Source of the DNA: Kiritimatiellia bacterium
GTDB lineage: Bacteria; Verrucomicrobiota; Kiritimatiellia; JAAZAB01
Assembly: GCA_040767085.1 (NCBI GenBank)
Contig: JAXGPF010000010.1
Coordinates: 32,001-96,000 of the forward strand
Direction of reading: 5' to 3'
DNA: 64,000 nt
Shown: positions 10,322 through 19,536 of the stretch, in pieces
Layout of the letters: every line of letters begins with the position of its first letter
Numbering within the stretch: the first letter of the stretch is position 1
Made by a program: the position numbers and the translations under genes
Notes under the pieces: generated by a model
Told to the model about the DNA's origin: nothing
Database searches by the model: none
The model's input: only the letters and a program-made list of their open reading frames with translations

Positions 10322-10581
10322 TTTTTTGAGACGACATCCTTCAGCATCTGGATGTCCAGCGCCTGGTCGGCTACCAGCCGCTTCAGCCGCCGGTTCTCTT
10401 CTTCCAGGCCTTTGAGCCGCTTGGCCTCGCTGATCTCCATCCCGCCATACTTCGCCTTCCAGCGGTAAAATGTGCCTTGCGCAATGCCGTGTTTACGCAA
10501 CACCTCCGGCATCGGCATCCCGGCTTCCGCCTCCTTCAGCACCCCGATAATCTGTTCCTCACTGAACTGTTTTCCTCGCAT
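10315..10581 (-). CDS. IS3 transposase OrfA (HTH)
   Basis: FSEEQII...[11 protein letters not shown]...LEEENRRLK...KKW stop; overlaps OrfB at CAAAAAAATGGTAA. Confidence 0.92.
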   Translation of the reverse strand: MRGKQFSEEQIIGVLKEAEAGMPMPEVLRKHGIAQGTFYRWKAKYGGMEISEAKRLKGLEEENRRLKRLVADQALDIQMLKDVVSKKW

Positions 10582-10668
10582 CTTTGTCCTCCTCGGGCTA
10601 CTCTACCCAATTGAGGACTCTCTTTCAATACGGTCCAGTTTTTAGGGAGAACGTCAGTTTAGGGAAAA

Positions 10669-10797
10669 AGGGGCAGAGTCACAGAGGGGCAGAGTCACAG
10701 AGGGGCAAAGGCGGAGAGGGGCAGAGGATCAAAGGGGCAGAGAGAAAAGCAATCTGTCTATGATCCTTTGATCCTTTGTGCCTTGGTCACTGCTGAG
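10669..10797. repeat. Octamer-built foldback repeat, copy A
   Basis: Tandem AGGGGCAG/AGTCACAG/AGGATCAA units, spacer, then reverse-complement units TGATCCTT TGATCCTT TGTGCCTT; core shared with 15.2 kb and 38.6 kb. Confidence 0.85.
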
Positions 10798-10832
10798 GGG
10801 GCAAAGGCCCCGCACACTGAACACTTCCATCG

Positions 10833-11255
10833 TCAGCCGGACGTGATCTGAATCCGGCGCCGGCGCGGTCCAACGCATTCCAGGCGCACCCGGATGGCGG
10901 ATGGCGGGAGCAGTTCTTCCGCGCGTTCGGCCCACTCGATGACCGTGATGCCCGGGCGGTCGAAATATTCCTCCAGTCCGGCTGCCAGGGCGTCCGCCGC
11001 CGCCGGCAGCCGGTATAAATCCATGTGATACAGAGGCACCGGCCCCGGATATTCGTTGATGATGACGAAGGTGGGGCTGGTGACCGGCTCGCGCAGGCCC
11101 AGGCCGGCGGCCAGGCCCTGGACGAAGCAGGTTTTGCCCGCGCCGATGTCGCCGAACAACGCCACCACCGCGGGCGGCTGCAGTTGCCGCGCCAGCGCGG
11201 CGGCCATCCGGCGCGTTTCCGCCGGGCTATTTGTGACGCATTCGGAAGTGTTCAT
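10833..11255 (-). CDS. tsaE: tRNA t6A biosynthesis ATPase
   Basis: GDIGAGKT, VTSPTF, HMDLYR, IEWAE. Confidence 0.95.
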   Translation of the reverse strand: MNTSECVTNSPAETRRMAAALARQLQPPAVVALFGDIGAGKTCFVQGLAAGLGLREPVTSPTFVIINEYPGPVPLYHMDLYRLPAAADALAAGLEEYFDRPGITVIEWAERAEELLPPSAIRVRLECVGPRRRRIQITSG

Positions 11256-12213
11256 AACCTTTGGCTTTCAGGCTGACTTTGCCGCCGTCGGCGCGGAGCA
11301 GCTTGAGGCCTTTACTCTCCGGCATGACGGCGCCGATGACGGTGCAGGGCGTTTCCAGCGACACCGGCCATTCCCGGAGCATGTCCGGCAGGCGGGCGGC
11401 GGGCACGGCAAACAGCAATTCAAAATCTTCGCCATCGGACAAGGCATGCTGCAGCGGGGTCCGCCGGCCGTCCGCAGTCTGCGCGGCCGGCGCGACAGGG
11501 ATTTTTTCCGCTGCGATTACGGCGCCGGTCCCGCTGGCTTCGGCCAGATGGCGTAAATCCGCCGCCAGGCCGTCGCTGATGTCAATCATGGCCGTGGCCC
11601 ACCCGCCGCGCATCAGCCATTGTCCGGCTGCCAGACGCGGTTCAAAATGCAGGTGCTTGCCCGCGCGGCTGCCGCCGAGGGTGCCGGTGACGCAGAGGCT
11701 GTCCCCGGGCCGCGCGCCGGAACGGAGCACGGCCCGTCCGTGCGGCACGCGTCCGACGCCGAAGATGTGCAGCGCCAGGTGCGGTGCGGCGGAAATATCT
11801 CCGCCGGCGATGCCCGCGCCATGACGACGCGCCAGCGCCTTGATGCCGTCGTATAACCCCGTAATGCGGGTCACGGGGGTGTTGGGCGGCGCGGCCAGGT
11901 TAATGTTAATCCAGAGCGGCTCGCCGCCCATGGCCGCGATATCGCTCAGCACCCGGCCGAGGGCCTTGTGGCCGACCGCCGCCGGTTGGTCGCCGGGGCC
12001 GAAATGCACGCCTTCGATGACCGGATCGGATTTGAGCAGCCAGTCCCACCCGGCCGCGCCGTCGGGCCGCACCACGGCGCAATCGTCGCCCGGGCCAACC
12101 AGCAATTCCGGATGTTTCGGCAAATCGCCGCACAGGCCGCGCAGCATTTCGTGTTCCCCGACATCGCGCAGGCGTTGCGGGTGGTATGCTATCGATGAAA
12201 ATTGCGGGCTCAT
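11227..12213 (-). CDS. thiL: Thiamine-monophosphate kinase
   Basis: GDDCAV, EGVHF, LSDIAAMGG, AMIDISDGL, GEDFELLF. Confidence 0.93.
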   Translation of the reverse strand: MSPQFSSIAYHPQRLRDVGEHEMLRGLCGDLPKHPELLVGPGDDCAVVRPDGAAGWDWLLKSDPVIEGVHFGPGDQPAAVGHKALGRVLSDIAAMGGEPLWININLAAPPNTPVTRITGLYDGIKALARRHGAGIAGGDISAAPHLALHIFGVGRVPHGRAVLRSGARPGDSLCVTGTLGGSRAGKHLHFEPRLAAGQWLMRGGWATAMIDISDGLAADLRHLAEASGTGAVIAAEKIPVAPAAQTADGRRTPLQHALSDGEDFELLFAVPAARLPDMLREWPVSLETPCTVIGAVMPESKGLKLLRADGGKVSLKAKGYEHFRMRHK

Positions 12214-13292
12214 GCGGAAAATGCCAGCAACGGCTGTGGAAACGGGTGTTTGATGACGCCCCGCTCGCTGATGATGCCGGTGATGAGTGCGGCGGGAGTG
12301 ACATCGAAGGCGGGGGCATAGACCTTGACGCCTTCCGGCGCGGTGGGCGCGCCGAAGCCGCGGGTGATTTCCTCCGCGCCGCGCTCTTCGATCGGGATGG
12401 AAGCGCCATCGGGCGTATCCAAATCGAAAGTGGAGGTAGGCGCGAGGACGTAAAACGGCACCTGGTGCGCCCGCGCCAGCAGCGCCAGCCCGTAAGTGCC
12501 GATCTTGTTGGCGGTGTCGCCGTTGGCGGCAATCCGGTCGGCGCCGACCATGACTGCGTCAATCCGGCCTTCGCGCATGACCTGGGCCGCCATGTTGTCG
12601 CAGATCAGGGTGACCTCCACGCCGGCCTGCATCAGTTCCCAGGCGGTGAGCCGGGCGCCCTGGAGCAGGGGGCGGGTTTCATCGGCGTAAACGCGGATGG
12701 TTTTGCCCTGCTCGCGGGCGATGTAAATCGGCGCCAGGGCCGTGCCGTAACCCGAGGTCGCCAGGCCGCCGGCATTGCAATGAGTCAGCACGGTCTGCCC
12801 GTCCTGGAGCAAGGAGGCGCCATGGCGGCCGATGGCGCGGCACATTTCCATATCTTCGTTGTAAATCCTGAGCGCTTCCGCCAGCAACCGGTCCTTGAAG
12901 GCGGCCGGCTCGAGGTTGGCGGCGAACTGGGCCGTCTGGCGCATGCGCGTCAGGGCCCAGAAGAGGTTGACGGCGGTGGGGCGGGCGGTGCCCAGGTAAT
13001 CGGCAGCCTGGCAGGCGGCCTCGATCAGGCCGTTGGTGTCGGCGGTGTTTTTCTGGATGGCCAGCACCACGCCCATGGCGGCGGCGATGCCGATGGCGGG
13101 CGCGCCGCGCACCTGGAGGTCTTTAATTGCCTGCCACAGCGGCGGCAGATCGCGGATTTCCAGGAAACTGGCGGAACCGGGCAGGCGGGTCTGGTCCAGA
13201 ATGCGAATGCAGCCGGGCCGGGAGCCGCCGGCATGGTCCGGCTGCCAGGCGATGGTGGGGATCGGCAGTTTGGCGTGCGGATCGGTTTTCAT
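12210..13292 (-). CDS. mtnA: Methylthioribose-1-phosphate isomerase
   Basis: LDQTRLP, VRGAPAIG, RPTAVNL, THCNAG, ETRPLLQGARLT, NKIGTY. Confidence 0.94.
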   Translation of the reverse strand: MKTDPHAKLPIPTIAWQPDHAGGSRPGCIRILDQTRLPGSASFLEIRDLPPLWQAIKDLQVRGAPAIGIAAAMGVVLAIQKNTADTNGLIEAACQAADYLGTARPTAVNLFWALTRMRQTAQFAANLEPAAFKDRLLAEALRIYNEDMEMCRAIGRHGASLLQDGQTVLTHCNAGGLATSGYGTALAPIYIAREQGKTIRVYADETRPLLQGARLTAWELMQAGVEVTLICDNMAAQVMREGRIDAVMVGADRIAANGDTANKIGTYGLALLARAHQVPFYVLAPTSTFDLDTPDGASIPIEERGAEEITRGFGAPTAPEGVKVYAPAFDVTPAALITGIISERGVIKHPFPQPLLAFSA

Positions 13293-13295
13293 GGA

Positions 13296-14111
13296 TTAAA
13301 ACAACAGTAATAACAAGGCGATGTTAACGAGGTTGAACAACGCGTGCATTATAATCGCCGCGCCGAGCGACCGCGTATAAATATATGCCAAGGAAAGGAA
13401 AACCGCCAGCACAAACAGCGGCAAAAGCGCCGCCGGGTGCAGGTGGATCAAGGCGAATGCGGCGGCGGTGGCGAGAATGGCCGGTATCGCTCCTCCGCTG
13501 CGCGCCGCCAGCGGCAAAGCCATGCCCCGGAAGAGCAACTCTTCGAATACCGGCGCGGTCACGCCGGCGGCCGCGATCAGCACCAGGCGTACGGCCAGGT
13601 TTTCCGTGGTCAATAATTCCAGGGCCGCGTCCTGCAAGGCAGTCGGACGGCCAGCCAGGCGCAACAGCGCATGGTTCAGGAAACCGGCGGCCATGACGAA
13701 GGGCAGGGCCGCCAGGTAAAAGACCACGCCCCACCGCCAGGGATGGCGCGCCGGCAGCCGCCGCGGCAATCGGCGCGGATGGCGCCGCCGCCGCAGCAGC
13801 AGGACCAGTAAAATGCCGCCGCCATGGAGCAGGAGCACGCGGGCGGCTAAAACCCATACCGGCGGCAGGCAGCGGCCGGCCAGCAGGTTGGCCGCTGCAA
13901 CGGCGGCCCCGATGTACGCCAGGATCAGGGCCAGATCCGGCCAGGTCCAGCCCGGGCGGGGGAGGCGGCGCAGCCGGCGGCGCCAGACCCAGGGCCGGCG
14001 CCGGAAACCGCGCCACAGGCGGCGCGCCGCCGCCAGTCCGCCCGCCATCAGTACCGCGCCGGCAATGGCCGCGGCGGCTGCTTGCGCCAGGGATGGATTG
14101 AATTCAGCCAA
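13296..14111 (-). CDS. CPBP/CAAX family intramembrane metalloprotease
   Basis: APVFEELLFRG, FALIH, HALFN motifs; multiple TM helices. Confidence 0.85.
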   Translation of the reverse strand: MAEFNPSLAQAAAAAIAGAVLMAGGLAAARRLWRGFRRRPWVWRRRLRRLPRPGWTWPDLALILAYIGAAVAAANLLAGRCLPPVWVLAARVLLLHGGGILLVLLLRRRRHPRRLPRRLPARHPWRWGVVFYLAALPFVMAAGFLNHALLRLAGRPTALQDAALELLTTENLAVRLVLIAAAGVTAPVFEELLFRGMALPLAARSGGAIPAILATAAAFALIHLHPAALLPLFVLAVFLSLAYIYTRSLGAAIIMHALFNLVNIALLLLLF

Positions 14112-14113
14112 AC

Positions 14114-15091
14114 TCAGCCCGCGTCCGGATCGAGGGTTTCGCGGATCACGTAAATCGGCTTGTTTTGCGATTCGTGGTAAGTGCGAATCTGGATTTCCGC
14201 CAGCAGTCCCATGCTTATGAAATGCAGGCCGAAGAACACCAGCATGAAAGACGTCATCACCCAGAATGGCCGTTTCAGCAGGGTGGCGGCGAAAGCGGTG
14301 CCGAAGAGATTGGCCGAGAGGTTGCCCAGCACCATGCCCGCCAGCAGCAAAATGCCGGCCGCGCCGAGGAAAAGTCCGATCCTGCCGAAAATCTGGATTG
14401 GACTTTTGCTGTAACGCAGAAGGAAGGTCACGGTGAACAAGTCCAGGATCACGCGTGTAATCCGGGAAAGCCCGTACTTCGAGCGCCCCATGCGACGGGG
14501 ATGGTGATTGACCACCACTTCCGCCACCGACCCGCCCACCCAGTGGGCCAGGGCGGGGATGAAACGGTGCATTTCGCCGTACAGATGCACGTTCTGCATG
14601 ACATCCCGGCGGTAGGCTTTCAGTGTGCAGCCGAAATCGTGCAAGGCCACGCCGGTCAACCGGCTGATCAGGCGGTTGGCGACCATGGATGGGAGGCGGC
14701 GGTGGATGAAGGCGTCCTGGCGGTCTTTGCGCCAGCCGCTGACGACGTCGAAGCCCTGGTCAATCTGCGCGAGCAGCAGCGGGATGTCGTCGGGGTCGTT
14801 TTGCAGATCGGCATCCATGGTGATGATGACCTTGCCGCGGGCATGATGCATGCCGGCCGACATGGCGGCGGTCTGTCCGAAATTCCGGCGGAAGCGGATC
14901 AAACGCAAGCCCCGCAGCCGGGCGGACTCTGCCTTGAGCTTGCTCCAGGTGCCATCGGTGCTGCCGTCGTCCACCATGATGATTTCATAAGACTGGGGCA
15001 GTTTGGACAATGCTTCGCCCAGCTTGGCGCATAACGGCGCAACACATTCTTCCTCGTTGAAAATCGGCACGATAATGGATATGTCCGGCAT
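14114..15091 (-). CDS. GT2 polyprenol-phosphate glycosyltransferase (ArnC/DPM1-like)
   Basis: VDDGSTD, RNFGQTAA, MDADLQND, DFGCTLKAYR; two C-terminal TM helices. Confidence 0.88.
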   Translation of the reverse strand: MPDISIIVPIFNEEECVAPLCAKLGEALSKLPQSYEIIMVDDGSTDGTWSKLKAESARLRGLRLIRFRRNFGQTAAMSAGMHHARGKVIITMDADLQNDPDDIPLLLAQIDQGFDVVSGWRKDRQDAFIHRRLPSMVANRLISRLTGVALHDFGCTLKAYRRDVMQNVHLYGEMHRFIPALAHWVGGSVAEVVVNHHPRRMGRSKYGLSRITRVILDLFTVTFLLRYSKSPIQIFGRIGLFLGAAGILLLAGMVLGNLSANLFGTAFAATLLKRPFWVMTSFMLVFFGLHFISMGLLAEIQIRTYHESQNKPIYVIRETLDPDAG

Positions 15092-15184
15092 ATGTTTTCC
15101 TTCCGTCTGCGTCTTCCCCGGCATGGGGTGTCAATACCGATAGTCTAGATGATTTTATAAGGGAGTCAAGCCGAACAGGGACCG

Positions 15185-15290
15185 CAGAGGCGGAGAGGGG
15201 CAAAGGATCAAAGGGGCAAAGGGGTAGAGTGAAGAGATGAGGCAATCCGTCTCTGATCCTTTGATCCTCTGTGCCTTTGTCACGGCTGAG
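15185..15290. repeat. Octamer-built foldback repeat, copy B (followed by 9-mer repeats TTCGCGTTC/CTTGCGTTC/TTTGCGGTG at 15302-15328)
   Basis: AGGCGGAG AGGGGCAA AGGATCAA... then AATCCGTCTCTGATCCTTTGATCCTCTGTGCCTTTGTCACGGCTGAG. Confidence 0.85.
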
Positions 15291-15483
15291 CTGTTTTGCC
15301 TTTCGCGTTCCTTGCGTTCTTTGCGGTGAATTTACCGTGTCCGCCTATTCCGCGGTGCGTGCCCCCGGCACGCCCCGGCGAAAAATAATTTGCGCGCTGT
15401 GCCGGTTTCTGTTAAACACTCCTGCTTTTTGTATTGGACCGGTCCGTATCAGCGGTTCCGGCCGGCGCCGGAAGATTGTTTTT

Positions 15484-17271
15484 ATGCATGACAGCGGTAA
15501 AATTCGCAACGTTGCGGTCATCGCCCATGTGGACCATGGCAAAACCACGCTGGTGGACCAGCTTTTCCGCCAGAGCGGGATGTTCCGTGAAAACCAGGCC
15601 GTGGCGGAGCGTTTGATGGATTCCATGGATCTCGAGCGCGAGCGCGGCATTACCATCGCTGCGAAAAACGGCGCCTTGCGTTACCGCGGCTACACCGTCA
15701 ATATCATTGACACCCCCGGCCATGCCGATTTCGGCGGCCAGGTGGAACGGGTGCTGCAAATGGCCGACGGCGCGTTGCTCCTGGTGGATGCGCAGGAAGG
15801 ACCGATGCCGCAGACATTTTTTGTGCTCAAAAAAGCTCTGGCGCGGCGGCTGCCGATCATCGTCGTCATCAACAAGATTGACAAACCCGCCGCCCGGCCG
15901 CATTGGGCGGTGGACCAGGTATTCGACTTGTTCGTCAAGCTGGACGCGCCGCACGAGATCCTGGATTTCCACGCGCTGTATGCCTCTGCCACCGGGGGCT
16001 ATGCCGGGGAAGACCCGGCCCGGCCGGGGACGGATATGCAGCCGCTGTTCGACGCCATCATCCAGCGCATTCCCGCGCCGGCCGGCAATTCGCGCGGGCC
16101 TTTGCAAATGCAGGTCAGCACGATCGATCATTCGCCGTTCCTCGGCCGGCTGGGTATCGGCAAGATCACTTCCGGCGGCATGCAGGTGGGGATGCCGGCG
16201 GCGGTGGCTGACACTGCCGGACGGCTGCGCCTGACGCGCATCACCAAGATTTACCGGTTCGACTGCACGCGCAAGGTCGAAACCGGCCGCGCCGGGCTGG
16301 GGGAAATCGTGGCGGTGGCCGGCCAGGACGATCTGTCCGTCGGCGAAACGTTTACCGATCCCGACCAGCCTCTGCCGCTGCCTTCGCCGCCCATCGATCC
16401 GCCGACGGTTTCCATGTTGTTTCTCCCCAACAATTCTCCGTTTGCCGGCACGGAAGGCGAATTCATCACTTCCACCCACCTGGCCGAACGCCTGCGCCGG
16501 GAAGCTTTGGTGGATGTGGCCCTGGTCGTGGAAGAATTGGCCGGGGCGCCCGGGTTTAAGGTGTCCGGCCGGGGCGAGTTGCACCTGTCCATTCTCATCG
16601 AAAAAATGCGCCGGGAAGGCTACGAATTTCAGGTCAGCTGCCCGCGGGTGATCTTCAAGGAAGAGGCGGGGCAACGGCTGGAGCCTTACGAGGAATTGCT
16701 GGTGGAAATGGCGGAGGAATATTCCGGCACGGTTATTGAGAAACTGGGCATGCGCAAGGGACAGTTGCTGGAGATGCGCCGCGAAAACGGATTGATGCGG
16801 CTGAAATACAAAATTCCCACGCGCGGACTCCTGGGGTTCAAGTCCGAATTCATGTCCGACGTCAAAGGCATGGGCATGCTGACCTACATTTTCCTGGAAT
16901 ATGACGCGTTCGCCGGCGACATGCGGCAGCGCAAGAACGGCGTGCTGGTATCTACGGAAACCTGCATGACCGTGGCCTACGCGCTTTTCAACCTGCAGAA
17001 ACGCGGCCGGCTTTTCCTGGAGCCGGGCGTGCGCATTTACCGCGGGCAGATCATCGGCGAACATTGCCGGAGCAACGACCTGACGGTCAACCCCGCTAAG
17101 GGCAAAAAACTGACCAACGTGCGGGCCGCCGGGTCCGACGAAAACATCATCCTGACGCCGGTTGTCAGGATGAGCCTGGAAGATTGTATCACCTACATCA
17201 ACGACGATGAGTTGGTGGAAGTCACCCCGAAAAATATCCGCCTGCGCAAGCGCGCGGGGGTGCGTGTTTAA
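15484..17271 (+). CDS. typA: Translational GTPase TypA/BipA
   Basis: [49 protein letters not shown]. Confidence 0.96.
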   Translation: MHDSGKIRNVAVIAHVDHGKTTLVDQLFRQSGMFRENQAVAERLMDSMDLERERGITIAAKNGALRYRGYTVNIIDTPGHADFGGQVERVLQMADGALLLVDAQEGPMPQTFFVLKKALARRLPIIVVINKIDKPAARPHWAVDQVFDLFVKLDAPHEILDFHALYASATGGYAGEDPARPGTDMQPLFDAIIQRIPAPAGNSRGPLQMQVSTIDHSPFLGRLGIGKITSGGMQVGMPAAVADTAGRLRLTRITKIYRFDCTRKVETGRAGLGEIVAVAGQDDLSVGETFTDPDQPLPLPSPPIDPPTVSMLFLPNNSPFAGTEGEFITSTHLAERLRREALVDVALVVEELAGAPGFKVSGRGELHLSILIEKMRREGYEFQVSCPRVIFKEEAGQRLEPYEELLVEMAEEYSGTVIEKLGMRKGQLLEMRRENGLMRLKYKIPTRGLLGFKSEFMSDVKGMGMLTYIFLEYDAFAGDMRQRKNGVLVSTETCMTVAYALFNLQKRGRLFLEPGVRIYRGQIIGEHCRSNDLTVNPAKGKKLTNVRAAGSDENIILTPVVRMSLEDCITYINDDELVEVTPKNIRLRKRAGVRV

Positions 17272-17296
17272 AAGCGGCTCCTTCCGGCATGGCGGG

Positions 17297-17514
17297 CAGG
17301 GCTGCGTCATTCAGGAAAAAGACGGCTCGGTACGGCTTGCCCTGCATAGCTGCAGCGAAGTCCGTCAAAGCCGGACGTAGCCCGCATGGAGACCGCGCCC
17401 TACCATTTTTGATAATTTTGCCTTTGGTAGGGCACGTCCCCGCTCATAGCGGGGTAAACCGCCGGCTTGTCCCGTCTGGCGCGGGAGCGAGCCGATGAGC
17501 ATGACGCAGCCCTG
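17297..17514. mobile_element. 218-bp MITE with ISAs1-like terminal inverted repeats
   Basis: Perfect 14-bp TIR CAGGGCTGCGTCAT / ATGACGCAGCCCTG; flanking 10-bp near-direct repeat GCATGGCGGG (17287-96) / GCATGGCGAG (17515-24); no transposase. Confidence 0.75.
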
Positions 17515-17529
17515 GCATGGCGAGGAAAA

Positions 17530-17559
17530 GTATAGGTCTTTTGTGTATAGGTCTTTTGT
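17530..17559. repeat. Perfect 15-bp tandem duplication GTATAGGTCTTTTGT x2
   Basis: Read directly; abuts the -35 box. Confidence 0.85.
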
Positions 17560-17587
17560 TGCATTTGCGCGTCATTTAATTTAGAAT
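17559..17587 (+). promoter_or_regulatory. Sigma70-like promoter
   Basis: TTGCAT-17 nt-TAGAAT upstream of ATG 17621. Confidence 0.6.
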
Positions 17588-17620
17588 GCACAAAAAAATT
17601 TAGCATGGGTGTGTGAAATA

Positions 17621-18685
17621 ATGGAAATTCCGAATCTTGTCATTGGAAATCTGACGTTAAATATCCCCATTATCCAGGGCGGGATGGGGGTGGCAGTGTC
17701 CAAAAGTTCGCTGGCGGGCGCGGTGTCCGCCGAAGGCGGCCTGGGGGTAATTGCCAGTGTCGGCCTGGGCGAGGATATCGCGTCCAGCGATTCGTATGCC
17801 GATCGCTCCAGCGCGGCCTTGCGCGCTGAAATTCTGGCGGTGAAGCGGCGGCGCCTGCCGGTGGGCGTGAATGTCATGGTGGCCCTGACCAACTACGCCA
17901 GCCTGGTGCGCACCTGTATCGAGGCCGGCGCCGACGCCATTATTTCTGGCGCCGGACTGCCCTTGCGCCTGCCGGAAATTGCCGGCGTGACCGACACCAA
18001 ACTCATACCGATCGTTTCCTCCGGCCGGGCGGCCGACATTGTCTGCCGCACCTGGTGGAAACGCGCCGGCCGCCTGCCCGATGCGCTGGTGGTGGAGGGG
18101 CCGCTGGCCGGCGGGCACCTGGGATTTAAATTCGAGGAATTGCTGGATGGCACGGTAAAGCCGCTGGAAACGCTGGTGGCGGAGGTCCTGGAAGTGGCGG
18201 CGGAATGGAGCGCGCGCGGCCGCCGGCCGATCCCGGTCATTGCCGCCGGGGGAATCTACACCGGCCGGGATATCGCCCGGTTTCTGAAAATGGGCGCCGC
18301 CGGCGTGCAGATGGGCACGCGTTTTGTCGCCACCCACGAGTGCGACGCCGCGGATGCCTACAAGCAGCGCTACGTGCAGGCCACCCGCGATGATGTCATT
18401 TTAATCAAGTCGCCCGTTGGTCTGCCGGCCCGGGTTTTGAAAAACGCCTTGACCGAAGCCAGCCAGCATGGCGCCAAAGTGAAATTTGCCTGCCCTTACA
18501 AGTGCCTGCTGACCTGCGACGCCGGCGTCGCCAATTACTGCATCGCCAAGGTTCTGCTCCAGGCCAGCCGCGGCGATTTCGACCAGGGGTTTGCCATGTG
18601 CGGGGCGAACGCCTGGCGCGTCGATCGCATCGTCAGCGTCCACGAACTGATCCGGGAACTCCTGGCGGAGATGTCGGAAGCCTGA
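17621..18685 (+). CDS. Nitronate monooxygenase / FabK-like FMN enzyme
   Basis: PIIQGGMG, SGAGLP, EGPLAGGHLG, AAGGI, GVQMGTRF; C-terminal Cys cluster. Confidence 0.85.
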   Translation: MEIPNLVIGNLTLNIPIIQGGMGVAVSKSSLAGAVSAEGGLGVIASVGLGEDIASSDSYADRSSAALRAEILAVKRRRLPVGVNVMVALTNYASLVRTCIEAGADAIISGAGLPLRLPEIAGVTDTKLIPIVSSGRAADIVCRTWWKRAGRLPDALVVEGPLAGGHLGFKFEELLDGTVKPLETLVAEVLEVAAEWSARGRRPIPVIAAGGIYTGRDIARFLKMGAAGVQMGTRFVATHECDAADAYKQRYVQATRDDVILIKSPVGLPARVLKNALTEASQHGAKVKFACPYKCLLTCDAGVANYCIAKVLLQASRGDFDQGFAMCGANAWRVDRIVSVHELIRELLAEMSEA

Positions 18686-18842
18686 ACGCCCCGTCTCCGC
18701 CGGGTCCGGAATTCCCGCTTGACTTTAGCGGCGGCGGAACACAATATTATGCCGGAATGCGGTTTGGGGCCGACGTGCGGCATCCCAACCGGCGGCGCGG
18801 TTATAATCCTGCGTTTTAATTAACATTCATGGGAGATGCATC

Positions 18843-19454
18843 ATGGCACAGCAGGAATTAAAAATCGGTCCTTGGCTGCAGGCTGGGTTCAACATCTACA
18901 AGGAGAATTTTCTCTTGCTGATCGTGGTCAATCTACTGGCCCTGGTGCTGGGAAAATTAACCCTGGGCATCCTGGCCGGACCGCTGTTGGCAGGAGTGGC
19001 GCTGATCAACCTCAGGCTGCTGGACCAAAGCGAGCCCAAGCCGGAAATCGGCGATGTCTTCAAGGGATTCGATTTCTTCCTGGATGCCTTTTTGCTCTGC
19101 CTGGGCTGCGTCGTGGTATCCATCCTCGCGGGGATTTTATCGTTGGTGATCTTTACCAAGCTGATTGCCGTTGTGTTCCTGATCGTGTTCGGCATCCTGC
19201 TGCACACGCTGGCCGCTTTCGCCCTGTTTTACATCGTCGACAAAAAAATGGATTGCTGGCCGGCGGTCATGGCGGCCTTCGGCGCCCTGCGCACCATGTT
19301 CCTGCCGCTGGCGGCGATCGTGGTGGTTACGGGCATCATCAGCATGGCGGGCGCCCTGGTCTGCGGTTTCGGTGTGATTGTGACTTTCCCGCTCTATTTC
19401 AGCGTCCTGGCGGTTGTTTACCGCGACCTGCTGCGCCCGCCGGCGCAGGCTTAG
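18843..19454 (+). CDS. Hypothetical integral membrane protein
   Basis: About five hydrophobic helices; GPLLAG...IGDVFKGF pattern; RBS GGGAG. Confidence 0.7.
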   Translation: MAQQELKIGPWLQAGFNIYKENFLLLIVVNLLALVLGKLTLGILAGPLLAGVALINLRLLDQSEPKPEIGDVFKGFDFFLDAFLLCLGCVVVSILAGILSLVIFTKLIAVVFLIVFGILLHTLAAFALFYIVDKKMDCWPAVMAAFGALRTMFLPLAAIVVVTGIISMAGALVCGFGVIVTFPLYFSVLAVVYRDLLRPPAQA

Positions 19455-19483
19455 TCGGAAGGCCTGGATGATATGCGATCAAT

Positions 19484-19525
19484 GCGCCCGCCGGCTTGAT
19501 TCCAGCCGCGCGGGCGCTTTTTTTT
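19484..19525 (+). terminator. Rho-independent terminator
   Basis: GC stem GCGCCCGCCGGCT...AGCCGCGCGGGCGC followed by T8. Confidence 0.7.
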
Positions 19526-19536
19526 GAGACGGGACG

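Larger units (their letters stand above)
9369..10656 (-). mobile_element. IS3-family insertion sequence (IS407-like), 1288 bp
   Basis: TG...CA ends; imperfect ~41-bp IRs (TGACCTTCCCCCT...AAGAGAGTCC vs TGACGTTCTCCCT...AAGAGAGTCC); 4-bp TSD GTTT at 9365-9368 and 10657-10660. Confidence 0.93.

Noticed and set aside
10669-10797. Octamer repeats or the 32070 doublet as CRISPR arrays
   Set aside because: No constant repeat separated by unique spacers; no cas genes.
15271-15483. N-terminal extensions in the ORF track (typA, rplS, khpA, rsmB, cimA and others)
   Set aside because: Downstream ATGs match the family N-termini, often with an RBS; the extensions run through repeats or neighbouring genes.
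19455-19536. T-box riboswitch before argS (or valS)
   Set aside because: Leader is too short and lacks the T-box consensus; valS is operon-internal.
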